Shown: positions 48,107-58,194 of the stretch, one piece after another
Layout: each line of letters starts with the position of its first letter
How positions within the stretch are numbered: the first letter of the stretch is position 1
Source of the DNA: a virus
Lineage: Duplodnaviria; Caudoviricetes
Direction: 5' to 3' (one strand)
DNA length: 61,726 nt
IMG/VR virus record: IMGVR_UViG_3300046028_004204
Span: 1 to 61,726 of that record
Program-made: the position numbers and the translations under genes
Notes under the pieces: generated by a model
What the model saw: only the letters and a program-made list of their open reading frames with translations
Database searches by the model: none
What the model was told of the DNA's origin: nothing

Positions 48107-48394
48107 CTATGTTTGTTGATCCTGTTCGTGCTGCTTGACCATACGATATAAGGGTTCCATGCGTTCTTGAAATACTTGGGGAGCTTCTCTAGCTGCTGTC
48201 TGCATTTCCCAATCACTAGGATAGTGTCGCAGCATGTCTCGTGCCGTTTGTCTAACAAGTTTGGGTACTCTAGGTGTATGCTGTGAGTTACAAAGATCCA
48301 ATAAGAATCTCCGGGTCTGCACTACAGCACGGTATCTTTCATCTGGTAATGTCATAGATTCTCTGCTCCTTGATAACGCTCGTTTCTTAAGCAT
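48107..48394 (-). CDS. Hypothetical protein
   Basis: MTLPDERYRAV...LRHYP; leaderless ATG 48394 or RBS-led ATG 48355. Confidence 0.7.
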   Translation of the reverse strand: MLKKRALSRSRESMTLPDERYRAVVQTRRFLLDLCNSQHTPRVPKLVRQTARDMLRHYPSDWEMQTAAREAPQVFQERMEPLYRMVKQHEQDQQT

Positions 48395-48409
48395 ACACGT
48401 AGTATAACA

Positions 48410-48637
48410 CTATTTGCGGTGCATGTCAACCTTTCGACCTCTGGTATTGGCTATTTGATTACAGTGTTCTAGGAACTCTCTATACAGTATAGGATCCTGC
48501 TCAAAGATTGAGGCCAGGTGACCCAAGATGAATCCCTGTGTGTACAGCCGTGAATGTCTGGGATCATCGTGAACATTTAGTGCATCCACAGTGGTGCGTA
48601 TGTGTTCTGCTATTGATTCAACTCGTTTACTGCTCAA
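48410..48637 (-). CDS. Hypothetical protein
   Basis: TTG start with AGGAGCG RBS. Confidence 0.5.
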   Translation of the reverse strand: MSSKRVESIAEHIRTTVDALNVHDDPRHSRLYTQGFILGHLASIFEQDPILYREFLEHCNQIANTRGRKVDMHRK

Positions 48638-48716
48638 GGTCGCTCCTAGTATAGCTATTTACTAGATACTCACGTATATACACATACACATACACATAGC
48701 GTATAGTCACTATACA

Positions 48717-49265
48717 GCAGCGGGGCCTATTGTGTATATACAGTAGACTACGGTTACATATAGTCTAAGGTCGCTGCTATACCACCGTGGATTTAGTGTG
48801 GATAAATACTGGCAGCACCGTTAGACCATGCTGTAAACTAGGCCGTTTGAGTCATTTGAAGGCTAGAATCACACAATTTTGCACTTTATTGCACTTTGAT
48901 GAACCGTGGCATGTGAGGTATAGTTAAAATGGTTTCTGCTTCTCCCACCGTATCCCTACTATAATCAACTATAGAAAACTATAGAACACTATAATTCACT
49001 ATATACGCATGACCCAGGAGCTCGCTTGCGCTCCCTATGCAGCGGGGCCTAGCTGTAAAACACCTTTTGAACTCCCCACCCCCTAGCGTACTCCTACAGC
49101 CCTTGACTGCCCCTACACGCTAGACTAACTCTGTGCATATACGTATATATGTACTTGAGTTGTCACTAGTCAATATGTACTCTGTGTATAGTGTGTTCAT
49201 TGTGTGCTCTGTGTATATGCGTATGCTAGATCAGTCTTTGCACACGATCATACGCAGCGGGGCCT
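48717..49265 (+). repeat. Dispersed GCAGCGGGGCCT direct repeats
   Basis: Copies at 48717, 49039, 49254 (and 40472). Confidence 0.9.
48958..49003. repeat. Five ACTATA repeats with exact 10-bp period
   Basis: ACTATA at 48958, 48968, 48978, 48988, 48998. Confidence 0.9.
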
Positions 49266-49420
49266 AGCTACAGTTTGGGTTTTTGATCTGATATATATAT
49301 GTATATGCACTGGCGAACTCTAATACTTAATCATTGGCTGTATATAGCCCTATTGTTATGGACATCGTTGTGTGCGTTTGGTGCGGGCTTGGTCATAGGC
49401 TCGATTTGGATTCTTTTTAT

Positions 49421-49633
49421 ATGAGCGATCCAGACTTATACTGTTACAGTTTGTTTTATTTTATACCATATGATCCCGAGGACATCTGGAGTCTAGTACA
49501 GCGTCATCAGGGCAATATCGCTCCACAGGTAGGAGGTCACTATGACTTTTACATACACAGGGACTATGCTAGTATTTTAGTATTAGCTTTTCCTTTATTA
49601 AAGCGGCAACGTCAGAAAGATTTGTACATCTAA
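49421..49633 (+). CDS. Hypothetical protein
   Basis: Probable start MSDPDL. Confidence 0.45.
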   Translation: MSDPDLYCYSLFYFIPYDPEDIWSLVQRHQGNIAPQVGGHYDFYIHRDYASILVLAFPLLKRQRQKDLYI

Positions 49634-49713
49634 TCCAGCTAATTTTTGCTTCGCGCACCGCTTCGCGGCTCTAGATCAAGCAGGCTCACGATAAATATCT
49701 AAAAGGATATCCC

Positions 49714-50694
49714 ATGGCTCAGTTACCCATTCGCAGTCTTAGACTACGCAGTTATGCCACTCAAGATCTAGATAGACTCACCGGAGACAAGGGTGAGATA
49801 TTCTATGACAGTCAACTACAGACGCTGAAAATCTACAATGGCGCAGGCTCAGCTGCCAGCACAGTCAAGGTGGGTGAGATCACGGTGGATAGACTGGTCA
49901 ACGGCTCACGAAGTCTTGTACTGGCTGCAAATGGCGCACTGACAATATCGGGTGATATCCGCAGCGAAAACAACATCAACATTGAAATCAATCTAGCAGA
50001 TTCCACGCTGCAAAGATGGCAGTTTGGGGAAGACGGCAGCTTGACATTCCCCGATGGCACTAGTCAAACCACTGCTTGGTTGGGTGCGGGCACACCCGTC
50101 TACACCAGTCTAATTGACAGCCTAGACAGCTCGGCAATCACTGTGACTCCTGCTGTGATATTCTCCAGTGATGTCGCCATAGAGAACGATCTCACTCTAA
50201 ATACCGGCACAATCAACAGCGCAGAGGCCACATGGCGATTACAGGGCATTGACCTAACTCTGCCCGAATACGGCACTGTTACTGCCAAAACAGCCATAAC
50301 CCTACAGGCCGAACAGGTTGCAGGGCCCGATGTTGCTGCTGCCAGCGGCCTGTATGCTGAAGTGTTTGCCCTGCTCTTTTCCTACTCTGATGTGGTAATT
50401 CGAGCCAACAACAACGGAGTGATCAAAGATTGGACCTTTGGTGCAAATGGCACACTGACTGCTCCGGGTAGTGTCAATGCACCCAATATCTTTACCAATC
50501 TAATTGACAGCGCAGACTCTAGTGCTATCACCGTGACTCCCAGTGTGTTATTCTCCAGCGATGTTACTGTAGAGCATGATCTAAGAGCCAACGGCAGCAG
50601 GGTGGTCACCATAGGCAGTCTGCAGTCTCTACTAGCAGACAGCCCGGACTTTGCTGATTTTAAATCTAGAGTGGCAGCTCTACTAAATAATTAA
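49714..50694 (+). CDS. Putative tail-fibre-like structural protein with internal repeat
   Basis: GEIFYD...LKIYNG, FPDGTSQTTA, duplicated IDS.DSSAITVTP.V.FSSDV; TAAATA upstream. Confidence 0.6.
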   Translation: MAQLPIRSLRLRSYATQDLDRLTGDKGEIFYDSQLQTLKIYNGAGSAASTVKVGEITVDRLVNGSRSLVLAANGALTISGDIRSENNINIEINLADSTLQRWQFGEDGSLTFPDGTSQTTAWLGAGTPVYTSLIDSLDSSAITVTPAVIFSSDVAIENDLTLNTGTINSAEATWRLQGIDLTLPEYGTVTAKTAITLQAEQVAGPDVAAASGLYAEVFALLFSYSDVVIRANNNGVIKDWTFGANGTLTAPGSVNAPNIFTNLIDSADSSAITVTPSVLFSSDVTVEHDLRANGSRVVTIGSLQSLLADSPDFADFKSRVAALLNN

Positions 50695-50696
50695 CT

Positions 50697-51092
50697 ATGA
50701 AAAAACTATTGCTCGTTTTCGCCCTTGTGTTACTACAGGGCTGTGCAGGCCTAACAGGATTGATCCCCAGCTTTTGGGATGACAATCAAAGTGCAAGAAT
50801 TGTGTCAGTAAGATTGGATATAGAACGCTTGGACTGCAAGACTGCTCAACGGCCGCAAGTCGCCAAGATCCGTGATGATCTAGAGTGGTTTAGACTCTAC
50901 TCAGAAAGCAAAGGTGGGCGTCAAGCTGATGTTATTGCACTAACCAAGCCCATGTCAGAGACAGTGGAAGATTGGTACAAGCGAGTTAGTCTAGAAGGGC
51001 ACAAAGACAACCCAATCTATTGCGATCTTAAAAAGCGAGTATTAACAGAACAAAGCACCAGAGCCGCCAAGGCCGTACTAGGGAGATTCTGA
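50697..51092 (+). CDS. Lipoprotein
   Basis: MKKLLLVFALVLLQGC lipobox. Confidence 0.75.
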   Translation: MKKLLLVFALVLLQGCAGLTGLIPSFWDDNQSARIVSVRLDIERLDCKTAQRPQVAKIRDDLEWFRLYSESKGGRQADVIALTKPMSETVEDWYKRVSLEGHKDNPIYCDLKKRVLTEQSTRAAKAVLGRF

Positions 51093-51925
51093 TGCTGTAC
51101 AGGGTACATTTTGAAAATGCTGAGCAAGGCCCAGTAAATCTAGACTTTGAATTGGACAACAATGCCTTAGTTGATGTGTGGTTAGACTGTGTGCGAACAC
51201 AGTTGGCAGCGCCTTGGAAAGTCAATCATTTACAGTGGCGCAGATGTTGGACCACAGACGAAACTCTAGCGGCAGCAAGAACAGATCTTGTAGCCAGCTG
51301 CGAGGAACTAGGCCTCGACCCTGCACTAGATATCAATGGCCTACATGCCCTGTTCACCAGCTACTATGAAAACGGTGGAGCACCCAATGAAGCATGGGAT
51401 GGGCTCAATAGGCATGTTCACAAGATAGAAGAACAAGAGCGCAGTCTTGGTAACCCATTGTCCCAACGCACAGGTTTTGGCATGGTAATATCAGAACAAG
51501 ACAGCCCTAGGGTAGAACAAAGACCTATACCCGAAGAACTTAGACATTATTGGGGTCATGTGCCCCGTAGCGGAGAGCTACTGTTAGGCTACTACACCCT
51601 GGGCAAGACCATAGCAGACTGTGTCAGAGACAATGATGTAGAATGTGTACGCTCCGGTGGAGTTAGACCACAAGAACAGATCAGCACAGAAACCATGTGT
51701 CTATGGAGCCCAACACCGTCATTTATCAAACAAGTATTGACTCTAGCACAGGTAACTCAGTGGGTCAAATACCACAATCTAGAACAGTATATAGATCTAA
51801 GTCTAACCAAGAATCGATATTTTGGTTCACCTAGACTGGGCAAATACATAGGCTCCTATATGCCAAATGATATCAACCAATATCTTGCTGGTGCAAACAT
51901 AGTATCTGCAGAGCTAATCGATTAA
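51092..51925 (+). CDS. Hypothetical protein
   Basis: 277-aa ORF. Confidence 0.65.
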   Translation: MLYRVHFENAEQGPVNLDFELDNNALVDVWLDCVRTQLAAPWKVNHLQWRRCWTTDETLAAARTDLVASCEELGLDPALDINGLHALFTSYYENGGAPNEAWDGLNRHVHKIEEQERSLGNPLSQRTGFGMVISEQDSPRVEQRPIPEELRHYWGHVPRSGELLLGYYTLGKTIADCVRDNDVECVRSGGVRPQEQISTETMCLWSPTPSFIKQVLTLAQVTQWVKYHNLEQYIDLSLTKNRYFGSPRLGKYIGSYMPNDINQYLAGANIVSAELID

Positions 51926-51945
51926 ATATACAATAGGATAAAACT

Positions 51946-52185
51946 ATGTCACTACAAACACTTTATGAAATAGCAGGTCGTGATGATGCGCCCTGGGCTG
52001 CTACCCGTGCAGCCATGGTGATAGCCATCACAGAGCAGTATCAGGGTGGTGGGCTTGATCGTTCAGAGTACTTAGAAATGATGCAGGATCTAGTGAGAAT
52101 GGATGCCCTAGATGCAGAAGCAAGTGATATCGAACTAAAGACCATGCTGGTGTCAGCGGTCTATGCAGTGACACAGGTGGTATAA
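51946..52185 (+). CDS. Hypothetical protein
   Basis: AGGA RBS; TAAATA upstream. Confidence 0.65.
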   Translation: MSLQTLYEIAGRDDAPWAATRAAMVIAITEQYQGGGLDRSEYLEMMQDLVRMDALDAEASDIELKTMLVSAVYAVTQVV

Positions 52186-52187
52186 CA

Positions 52188-52427
52188 ATGCGTATTAGTG
52201 AAGTAGTTGATCGTGTAGTAGATGAAGAGCCCGCAAGCCGCGCTCTATGTACATCAGGTAAGCCAGACTCGGCTCTGGGTGCTAGTCAACTTAGCAGTTG
52301 CAAGAGTCAGGGCTATCGTAGTCGTGACGGGGGCAAGAGCCACAAGATTGGTGGCGAACGTCAAAAGGTCAGAGGCAAAAAGATCAAGGGCAAGAAATAC
52401 GGCGGCCCTTTACCAGACTGGAGCTAA
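52188..52427 (+). CDS. Basic hypothetical protein
   Basis: MRISEV N-terminus, K-rich C-terminus. Confidence 0.6.
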   Translation: MRISEVVDRVVDEEPASRALCTSGKPDSALGASQLSSCKSQGYRSRDGGKSHKIGGERQKVRGKKIKGKKYGGPLPDWS

Positions 52428-52430
52428 AGG

Positions 52431-52997
52431 GTGTTGTCAACAAATGACAAGATCAACCCCGGGGATGCCATAATTGCACCCCCTAGAATGCAGGGCAGTA
52501 ACTTTGCCAAGAGTGTAATTCTAATAACAACACAGCGCGGTGGAGGTCATTTTGGTCTTTGCCTTAACAAACCAAGCAATCATAGGCTCAGCGATCTATC
52601 ACTAGAACTGGACTGTGATCTACCCGAAGACTACTCTTTATATTGGGGCGGCCCCGTAGGCACCCAGACCATATGGATGTTGCACAGCTCAGAGTGGAGC
52701 ATAGACGCTACTCAAGAGATCAATACTCATTGGAGCATGACCAGTCACAAGAGCATGTTTCATCACCTAGCAGATAGAGACTGCCCCAATAATTTTATCA
52801 TGACCTTTGGCTTCAGTGGTTGGGCCAAGGGTCAACTAGAACAAGAACTACTGGGACTACCCCCATACACAGTGGATTCAAGTTGGCTGACATGGCTCCA
52901 GCCCGACCAACACATACTAGAAGTTGCTTCAGACGAACTATGGCGTGTGAGCTGTGAACAAAGCAGCCATCAAGCAGTTAACACCTGGATGACCTAA
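52431..52997 (+). CDS. YqgE/AlgH family protein
   Basis: FAKSVI, GLCLNKP, YWGGPV, GFSGWAKGQLEQE. Confidence 0.88.
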   Translation: MLSTNDKINPGDAIIAPPRMQGSNFAKSVILITTQRGGGHFGLCLNKPSNHRLSDLSLELDCDLPEDYSLYWGGPVGTQTIWMLHSSEWSIDATQEINTHWSMTSHKSMFHHLADRDCPNNFIMTFGFSGWAKGQLEQELLGLPPYTVDSSWLTWLQPDQHILEVASDELWRVSCEQSSHQAVNTWMT

Positions 52998-53887
52998 TGC
53001 GAGTAGAGGCCACTAGGCCCCAGGGTTGGCTCTGGGTTGATTGGTGGTTGCACAATCACTGTAGCTGGCAGTGTAGCTATTGTCCAGAACTGCTACGTAC
53101 AGGCAGCATACCCTTGCCCTCCCTAACAGACTGTCAACGATTTGTAGACGAGCTAGTGGCTCGTGCTCAAAGCCTAGGTGTTAGGCCCCGTATCAAATTT
53201 ACAGGGGGTGAACCTACAGAGTGGACCAGCCTAGATGACCTCGTGAGCTACGCACATGACCAAGGGGTAACCATAGGCCTTCGTACTAACGCCAATGTGG
53301 ACAGAGATCGTTGGCAAGCACTTTGTCCTAGTCTAACAGATCTAGAACTAAATTATCACCCTGAACATGCCCATGCCAGCGTTTACATGTTAAACCTTGC
53401 TAGAGCCTTAGAACATGAGATCAATGTACGCTGTGTGTTCAATATGTTACCCACTCGCTTTGAAGAAACAGAAGAGCTACTGACCCGTATACGAAGCAAG
53501 TACCCTAGTGTCAGCATAGAGCGTAGAATGCTGTTTGAAGATCCTGCGGTCAATCATGCACCCATGCAGTACACAGAAAGCCAGCAGGTCAAGCTGGTTA
53601 GACAAAGCGGCGATATACGCATCACAGATAACTCGACGATTAGCTACACAGACTACCCTACTATGATCGCAGATAAATCTAATCGGTTCGAAGGCTTTCA
53701 GTGTAGCTCAGGGCAGGAGCAGTTTATAGTAGATGCCTGGGGTAGAGTGGCTCGTGGACACTGTCGTCAGGGTGGGCATTTAGGTAGTATAGGCGGCTCA
53801 ATCAAATGGCCCACCGAATCTATAACATGCCGTAAACCCAGCTGTGACAATGCCTTTGATATACTGGCTACAAAGATCAGCGGGTGA
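52997..53887 (+). CDS. Radical SAM protein
   Basis: CSWQCSYC (CxxxCxxC), FTGGEPT, TN, C-terminal Cys cluster. Confidence 0.88.
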   Translation: MRVEATRPQGWLWVDWWLHNHCSWQCSYCPELLRTGSIPLPSLTDCQRFVDELVARAQSLGVRPRIKFTGGEPTEWTSLDDLVSYAHDQGVTIGLRTNANVDRDRWQALCPSLTDLELNYHPEHAHASVYMLNLARALEHEINVRCVFNMLPTRFEETEELLTRIRSKYPSVSIERRMLFEDPAVNHAPMQYTESQQVKLVRQSGDIRITDNSTISYTDYPTMIADKSNRFEGFQCSSGQEQFIVDAWGRVARGHCRQGGHLGSIGGSIKWPTESITCRKPSCDNAFDILATKISG

Positions 53888-54635
53888 AGTTATTAAACGA
53901 ACGCTCTACCATCTTGGTGCGTTCAGCCTTGTTCTTAGCACCTAACACCACAATAATATACTGTTGACCCTCCTGTTCTAGGGCCATTGCCACACACCAT
54001 CCGGCCTTGCTGGTTAGGCCTGTCTTGCTGAGTACAGCGTTATCATAGGCACCTAATAAGGGACTGTTGGTATTGTTGATCTGTATTTTAACAGGCCGTT
54101 TCTTACCAGGCACTTCAATCTCTGTATGCTTGATCACAGTGGTCCTACGCATATAGTCCTGCTTGAGAGCTTCGGTGACTAGAATAGCAATGTCGTGAGC
54201 TGAACTTATATTGTTGGGGCTAAGACCACTTGCATCTTCAAACTGTGTGCTCAACATGCCCATTCTACGAGCCCGTTCGTTCATTTCACGAATAAACTCT
54301 TCACGACCCCCGGGGTAGTCTCCTGCTAGTGTTTCTGCCGCTGAGTTGTCACTGCGAACTAGCATAGCAGTCATTAGTTCTCCACGAGTGTAACTGCGAG
54401 CAGGCAACACAGTTGACCAGCGTCGATTTAAGGGAACAGGACGCTCTAAAGCAAAGCCTGTGTCAAGAGCAACAAGGGCAGTCATTAGTTTGGTAATGCT
54501 GGCTAGGGCTCGTTGTTCTTGTGTGTTCTGTGAGATCAGGGCGTGGCCTGTAGTTGTGTTTAACAATAAGAGACTGGGCTCATTTCGAGCCCAGGCTGTG
54601 TTCACAACTAATAGAAGTGCTATTAGTATTTTCAT
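53877..54635 (-). CDS. Peptidase S11 (D-Ala-D-Ala peptidase, PBP7-like)
   Basis: Signal peptide, ASITK (SxxK), SDN, KTG. Confidence 0.9.
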   Translation of the reverse strand: MKILIALLLVVNTAWARNEPSLLLLNTTTGHALISQNTQEQRALASITKLMTALVALDTGFALERPVPLNRRWSTVLPARSYTRGELMTAMLVRSDNSAAETLAGDYPGGREEFIREMNERARRMGMLSTQFEDASGLSPNNISSAHDIAILVTEALKQDYMRRTTVIKHTEIEVPGKKRPVKIQINNTNSPLLGAYDNAVLSKTGLTSKAGWCVAMALEQEGQQYIIVVLGAKNKAERTKMVERSFNNFTR

Positions 54636-55177
54636 CAATTATTTAATGATAATTCCTCAAACTCTCGACGCAGTTCTTCTTCTTGAAGTACACGGCGCAG
54701 GAGTTGTTCTACAAACTCGTTCAAGGTAAGATCCTGTTCGTGTGCCATTTTCATAAGTTCAAACATTTCGTCATTTTCTAGTTCTAATGGTACACTGACA
54801 CGAGTATCGTAGTCCTCGCCCGCCTTGATAGCTAGACACTTTTGAATAAAGTCGTCGTCTGTTTCGAGATCAACATAGTCAACATCGTCCCAGGCCATAT
54901 CTTTATTGACATCACGCTTGCGAGCTTCCTTCTTGGCTTTCTTTTGAAAGTCAGGATTGATCATGCGATAGGCGCGATTGTGAACATAGTCATGTGCCTG
55001 TACTTCATAGACAGTCTGAGTCTTGGTATCGAAGATCACAGTAAAGCTATGGCCATCCTGCTCACCGTTCCATGAGTCCAACATGTGAACATCTTTGCCG
55101 TAGCAATTCCAACCAAAGTCACTGCCCTCAGTAATCTTATAGTCTACAATTTCCATCCATTCTTTTAGGGTAATCAT
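54635..55177 (-). CDS. Hypothetical protein
   Basis: 180-aa ORF. Confidence 0.7.
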   Translation of the reverse strand: MITLKEWMEIVDYKITEGSDFGWNCYGKDVHMLDSWNGEQDGHSFTVIFDTKTQTVYEVQAHDYVHNRAYRMINPDFQKKAKKEARKRDVNKDMAWDDVDYVDLETDDDFIQKCLAIKAGEDYDTRVSVPLELENDEMFELMKMAHEQDLTLNEFVEQLLRRVLQEEELRREFEELSLNN

Positions 55178-55401
55178 TTTGTTTCCTTTTCAAGTTTAGG
55201 TGCAATTTTTGCAAGTTCATCATCTGTGGCATAACGAACAGGAGGATTCAAATTCCAACTATCTGCAGAGAATATTCTAACAGGTTTCCAGTACTTGGAT
55301 ATGATATTGTTGACTGCAACAATGGCCGCAACAACAACTATAAAGCCTAGGGCTGTTAGAATACTTCCGGCCAAAAATACAGCCGCTTGATCCATGTCCA
55401 T
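55174..55401 (-). CDS. Small membrane protein
   Basis: One TM segment. Confidence 0.6.
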   Translation of the reverse strand: MDMDQAAVFLAGSILTALGFIVVVAAIVAVNNIISKYWKPVRIFSADSWNLNPPVRYATDDELAKIAPKLEKETK

Positions 55402-55402
55402 A

Positions 55403-56197
55403 TTATTTGTTCATCATCAAGGCATTGAAGTTGCTAGGCACCACAATGGTCTGTACCCGGCCGTTCTTGATGCCTTCACTGATGTTCAACATGGCCTGTG
55501 CCTGCATAAATGCAATTGAGCTAGAGCTGTTGTTAGCCAATGCTGCCATACGACGGCTTTCGGCTTCGGCAGTCTTGACTTCAACTTCCTTCTGTTTCAA
55601 TTCATTCTTGCTTCGAACCAATGCGTTAGCTGATTCAACGACTGAGTCTGCTGGCACAACATTACGAATCAACACTTGACTAATCATAATAGTACCGTCC
55701 AACTTTTCTTCTGCCAAGTTGCGAACGATTTCGTCCTGGATGAACTTTTCCATTTCACTACGCTTGTCAGCCATATCCAGTGCTTCGTACTTGCGAGCAG
55801 CCTTGTAGATAGCGTTGCGAGCATTTTGAACAATGTAGTTGTACATCACATAGGTATCACCTTTGAAGTCAGCGTGGAAGGCCTTGTTCTTAGTTGAATA
55901 CAGTTCCGCCACCTGTTGTGGATTGATGTTATAGACAACCACAGCATCAAAGTCTTTCATTGTGCTATTGTCAGCGGCCACTGGAGTCATATCGTTCAGG
56001 GGAACATTGACATCCTTGATAGGAAATGTAAGCACATCACCGATTAGGGTTTGATTGAATGAGCCAGGCAAGAGTTCACCTGACTGAACCTGCTTGTCAA
56101 AACCAACTCGCACACCGACTTCGCCGGTTTCAATACGAGTACAACCTGTTGCCAACACGGCAGCAGCCAAAATAGAGAGAGTGAAAATACGCTTCAT
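55403..56197 (-). CDS. SPFH/band-7 lipoprotein
   Basis: LATGC lipobox, IETGEVGVRV.F, C-terminal coiled coil AEAE. Confidence 0.85.
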   Translation of the reverse strand: MKRIFTLSILAAAVLATGCTRIETGEVGVRVGFDKQVQSGELLPGSFNQTLIGDVLTFPIKDVNVPLNDMTPVAADNSTMKDFDAVVVYNINPQQVAELYSTKNKAFHADFKGDTYVMYNYIVQNARNAIYKAARKYEALDMADKRSEMEKFIQDEIVRNLAEEKLDGTIMISQVLIRNVVPADSVVESANALVRSKNELKQKEVEVKTAEAESRRMAALANNSSSSIAFMQAQAMLNISEGIKNGRVQTIVVPSNFNALMMNK

Positions 56198-56206
56198 TGT
56201 GTGCCT

Positions 56207-56383
56207 TTAAAATAAAATAACGATAATGGTCATTACTAGAACAGCTAGTAATGCAACAAGTATACTATAGAACGCTGTCTTTGTCAATGACCACTGTTCT
56301 TTTCTTTCCATCTTTCGCCAAACAGTAATGCCAAAGTGAATCAGGATGGCAAAGATGGCAAATGCTAACCAAAGTCTAATCAT
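56207..56383 (-). CDS. Small two-TM protein
   Basis: Hydrophobic, directly upstream of SPFH. Confidence 0.6.
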   Translation of the reverse strand: MIRLWLAFAIFAILIHFGITVWRKMERKEQWSLTKTAFYSILVALLAVLVMTIIVILF

Positions 56384-56616
56384 AATTTCTCTCCGCAATG
56401 TGGACACAGTTTGGTATTGGCATTACGCATTTCTTTCAGTGTGCGGTTTAGTTTACGAGCATCAGCAGTAATCCTGCGTATAGATTTACGATCTCTATCG
56501 TGTTTGGCTTTGCCCAGCTCTTCTTTAAGGTGTATCTTCATTTTATTCAAACGACCTTCAAAGATTTCAATAAAGCCCGTTATGCCCGGGCTTTTGTCTA
56601 AGGGTGTACCACTCAT
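56380..56616 (-). CDS. Hypothetical protein with C-terminal CPHCG
   Basis: Coupled ORF. Confidence 0.6.
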   Translation of the reverse strand: MSGTPLDKSPGITGFIEIFEGRLNKMKIHLKEELGKAKHDRDRKSIRRITADARKLNRTLKEMRNANTKLCPHCGEKL

Positions 56617-56837
56617 ATTACTTTGCCCAATCCTAACCAAATTAACTGTTCAAGTTCTGTTTGGTAGTCCCTGCCTTGTCGACGCTTGAGCCAAATGGTT
56701 TCTAGAATCTCTTTGCCATCGCCGTAGTCTGTGGCACCCGCTCCACGGCTTTCCAATTCTTCAATGAGGTCATCAGTTTCGAAGTCTGACAGATCAACAT
56801 CAACTTCAACTTCTGTGTAAATTGTCTTAAACATCAT
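56613..56837 (-). CDS. Hypothetical protein
   Basis: DFETDDLIEELESRG. Confidence 0.6.
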   Translation of the reverse strand: MMFKTIYTEVEVDVDLSDFETDDLIEELESRGAGATDYGDGKEILETIWLKRRQGRDYQTELEQLIWLGLGKVI

Positions 56838-57216
56838 GTTCCTTTCGTGCTTTACTATAATTAAACCAACCCAACACTTCTGCCGCAGGTCGCTTGGGTT
56901 CTTGAATAACCTTTGTGAGGTGCTCTTTCATAATGCGTTTGAGATAGGGATACACCGGGCCATCGCAGACCTTTAGATCCCATGCTCTAGTGTTAAACGC
57001 ATTACTATAATACAGTCTAGCATAGTCTTGTTCAAGAGCTGTTTTCATCTCAGGCGTAGGATAAATGCCCGAAGCATACTCCATTGCCATGCACAGAGCC
57101 ATCTTGTGTGGTATCACAACACCATTCCAATAGACAAGATACTCATCACACTTTTCAATATACAGTATGACTGGTTTAGGATCCAATAGGCTCCACGATT
57201 GTTCTGCTCTCATCAA
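56827..57216 (-). CDS. Hypothetical protein
   Basis: Coupled ORF. Confidence 0.6.
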   Translation of the reverse strand: MMRAEQSWSLLDPKPVILYIEKCDEYLVYWNGVVIPHKMALCMAMEYASGIYPTPEMKTALEQDYARLYYSNAFNTRAWDLKVCDGPVYPYLKRIMKEHLTKVIQEPKRPAAEVLGWFNYSKARKEHDV

Positions 57217-57530
57217 TAACTCCTAACTCGTTCTGGATGGTCGTGAATAAAACTGCTGTGCATATTATGAAATTGATCAAAGGTCTTGAGCCGGTCAGGA
57301 TCAAAAGGCAATTGATAAGTGCTCAACCAAGTTTTGATTATGCTAATGCTTTGCTCAATGTTAAAGACCTGCATGACTGTTTCAAAGTGCTGATCTGCAA
57401 CTTTAAACATGGCCTTGTAGCGTAGTCTTTTACCACTGTTGAGAACTGTCAACATCTCTTGGCCTGCACGATGAGCATAGTCTTCTGGACCTTTAAGCAA
57501 CAACATAAGTCGCTGTTCTTCAGAAAGCAT
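57213..57530 (-). CDS. Hypothetical protein
   Basis: GAGGA RBS before MLSEE. Confidence 0.55.
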   Translation of the reverse strand: MLSEEQRLMLLLKGPEDYAHRAGQEMLTVLNSGKRLRYKAMFKVADQHFETVMQVFNIEQSISIIKTWLSTYQLPFDPDRLKTFDQFHNMHSSFIHDHPERVRSY

Positions 57531-58194
57531 TGTTGTAGTCCTCATCTAGGGCGAACTCCCATTTGGCTACGGGATTGTTCTGCACAGCTTCTAGCAGGCC
57601 TCCCACAGGACGATAGCCGTAGGTCCAATACTTGACCACACGCTTGAGAGCATCTGGAGTCAAGGGCAGTTTCATACGCAGATTTCGTTCGCGGATGTCT
57701 CGGGCAGTTTGTTTGCCTAGTACCCAATTGTTGCCACAGGTGCCAATCTCACAGACTGTCATATCAAAGTTACTGATAACATCTTCTAGGCTAGTAAAGT
57801 ATCTACGCTTGATCACCTGTATGGTCCAGGTCTTAGAGCTGTCGTTCTTACTCCAATAACTGAGTGTAGTTGCGTTCTCGCTTTCATATCTGCGAGACCA
57901 ACGGCCAAACTCTTTGATGCGTTCAATAACAACTTCAGCCTGCGCCTGATTGGCACAGAACACATCGATGTCACTTTCACCCACAGGCTGACCCTGCCAC
58001 CATCGCAAGGGCGCACCTCCAGCAATCCACGGACCTCGTTCAATGTCAGGCCAGATCAATGTAATAGGTTCGCTGTCTGCACGATGTACCGTGGGAAAGT
58101 CCACAACATCCACAGGCTGGTCATAGTTCGCAGTCTTTGTTTGAACAGTAAACTCTCCAAACAGTTCTTCAAGGGTGCTGAGTACATTAGGCAT
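57520..58194 (-). CDS. Poly(A) polymerase/CCA-head-like nucleotidyltransferase
   Basis: WIAGGA...SDIDVF...FDMTVC. Confidence 0.75.
   Translation of the reverse strand: MPNVLSTLEELFGEFTVQTKTANYDQPVDVVDFPTVHRADSEPITLIWPDIERGPWIAGGAPLRWWQGQPVGESDIDVFCANQAQAEVVIERIKEFGRWSRRYESENATTLSYWSKNDSSKTWTIQVIKRRYFTSLEDVISNFDMTVCEIGTCGNNWVLGKQTARDIRERNLRMKLPLTPDALKRVVKYWTYGYRPVGGLLEAVQNNPVAKWEFALDEDYNNAF

Noticed and set aside
50101-50582. Two ~90-bp similar segments in the fibre-like gene as a possible DGR template/variable repeat
   Set aside because: Both copies are in-frame coding, differences are mostly synonymous and not adenine-specific, and no reverse transcriptase is in the window; it is an ordinary domain duplication
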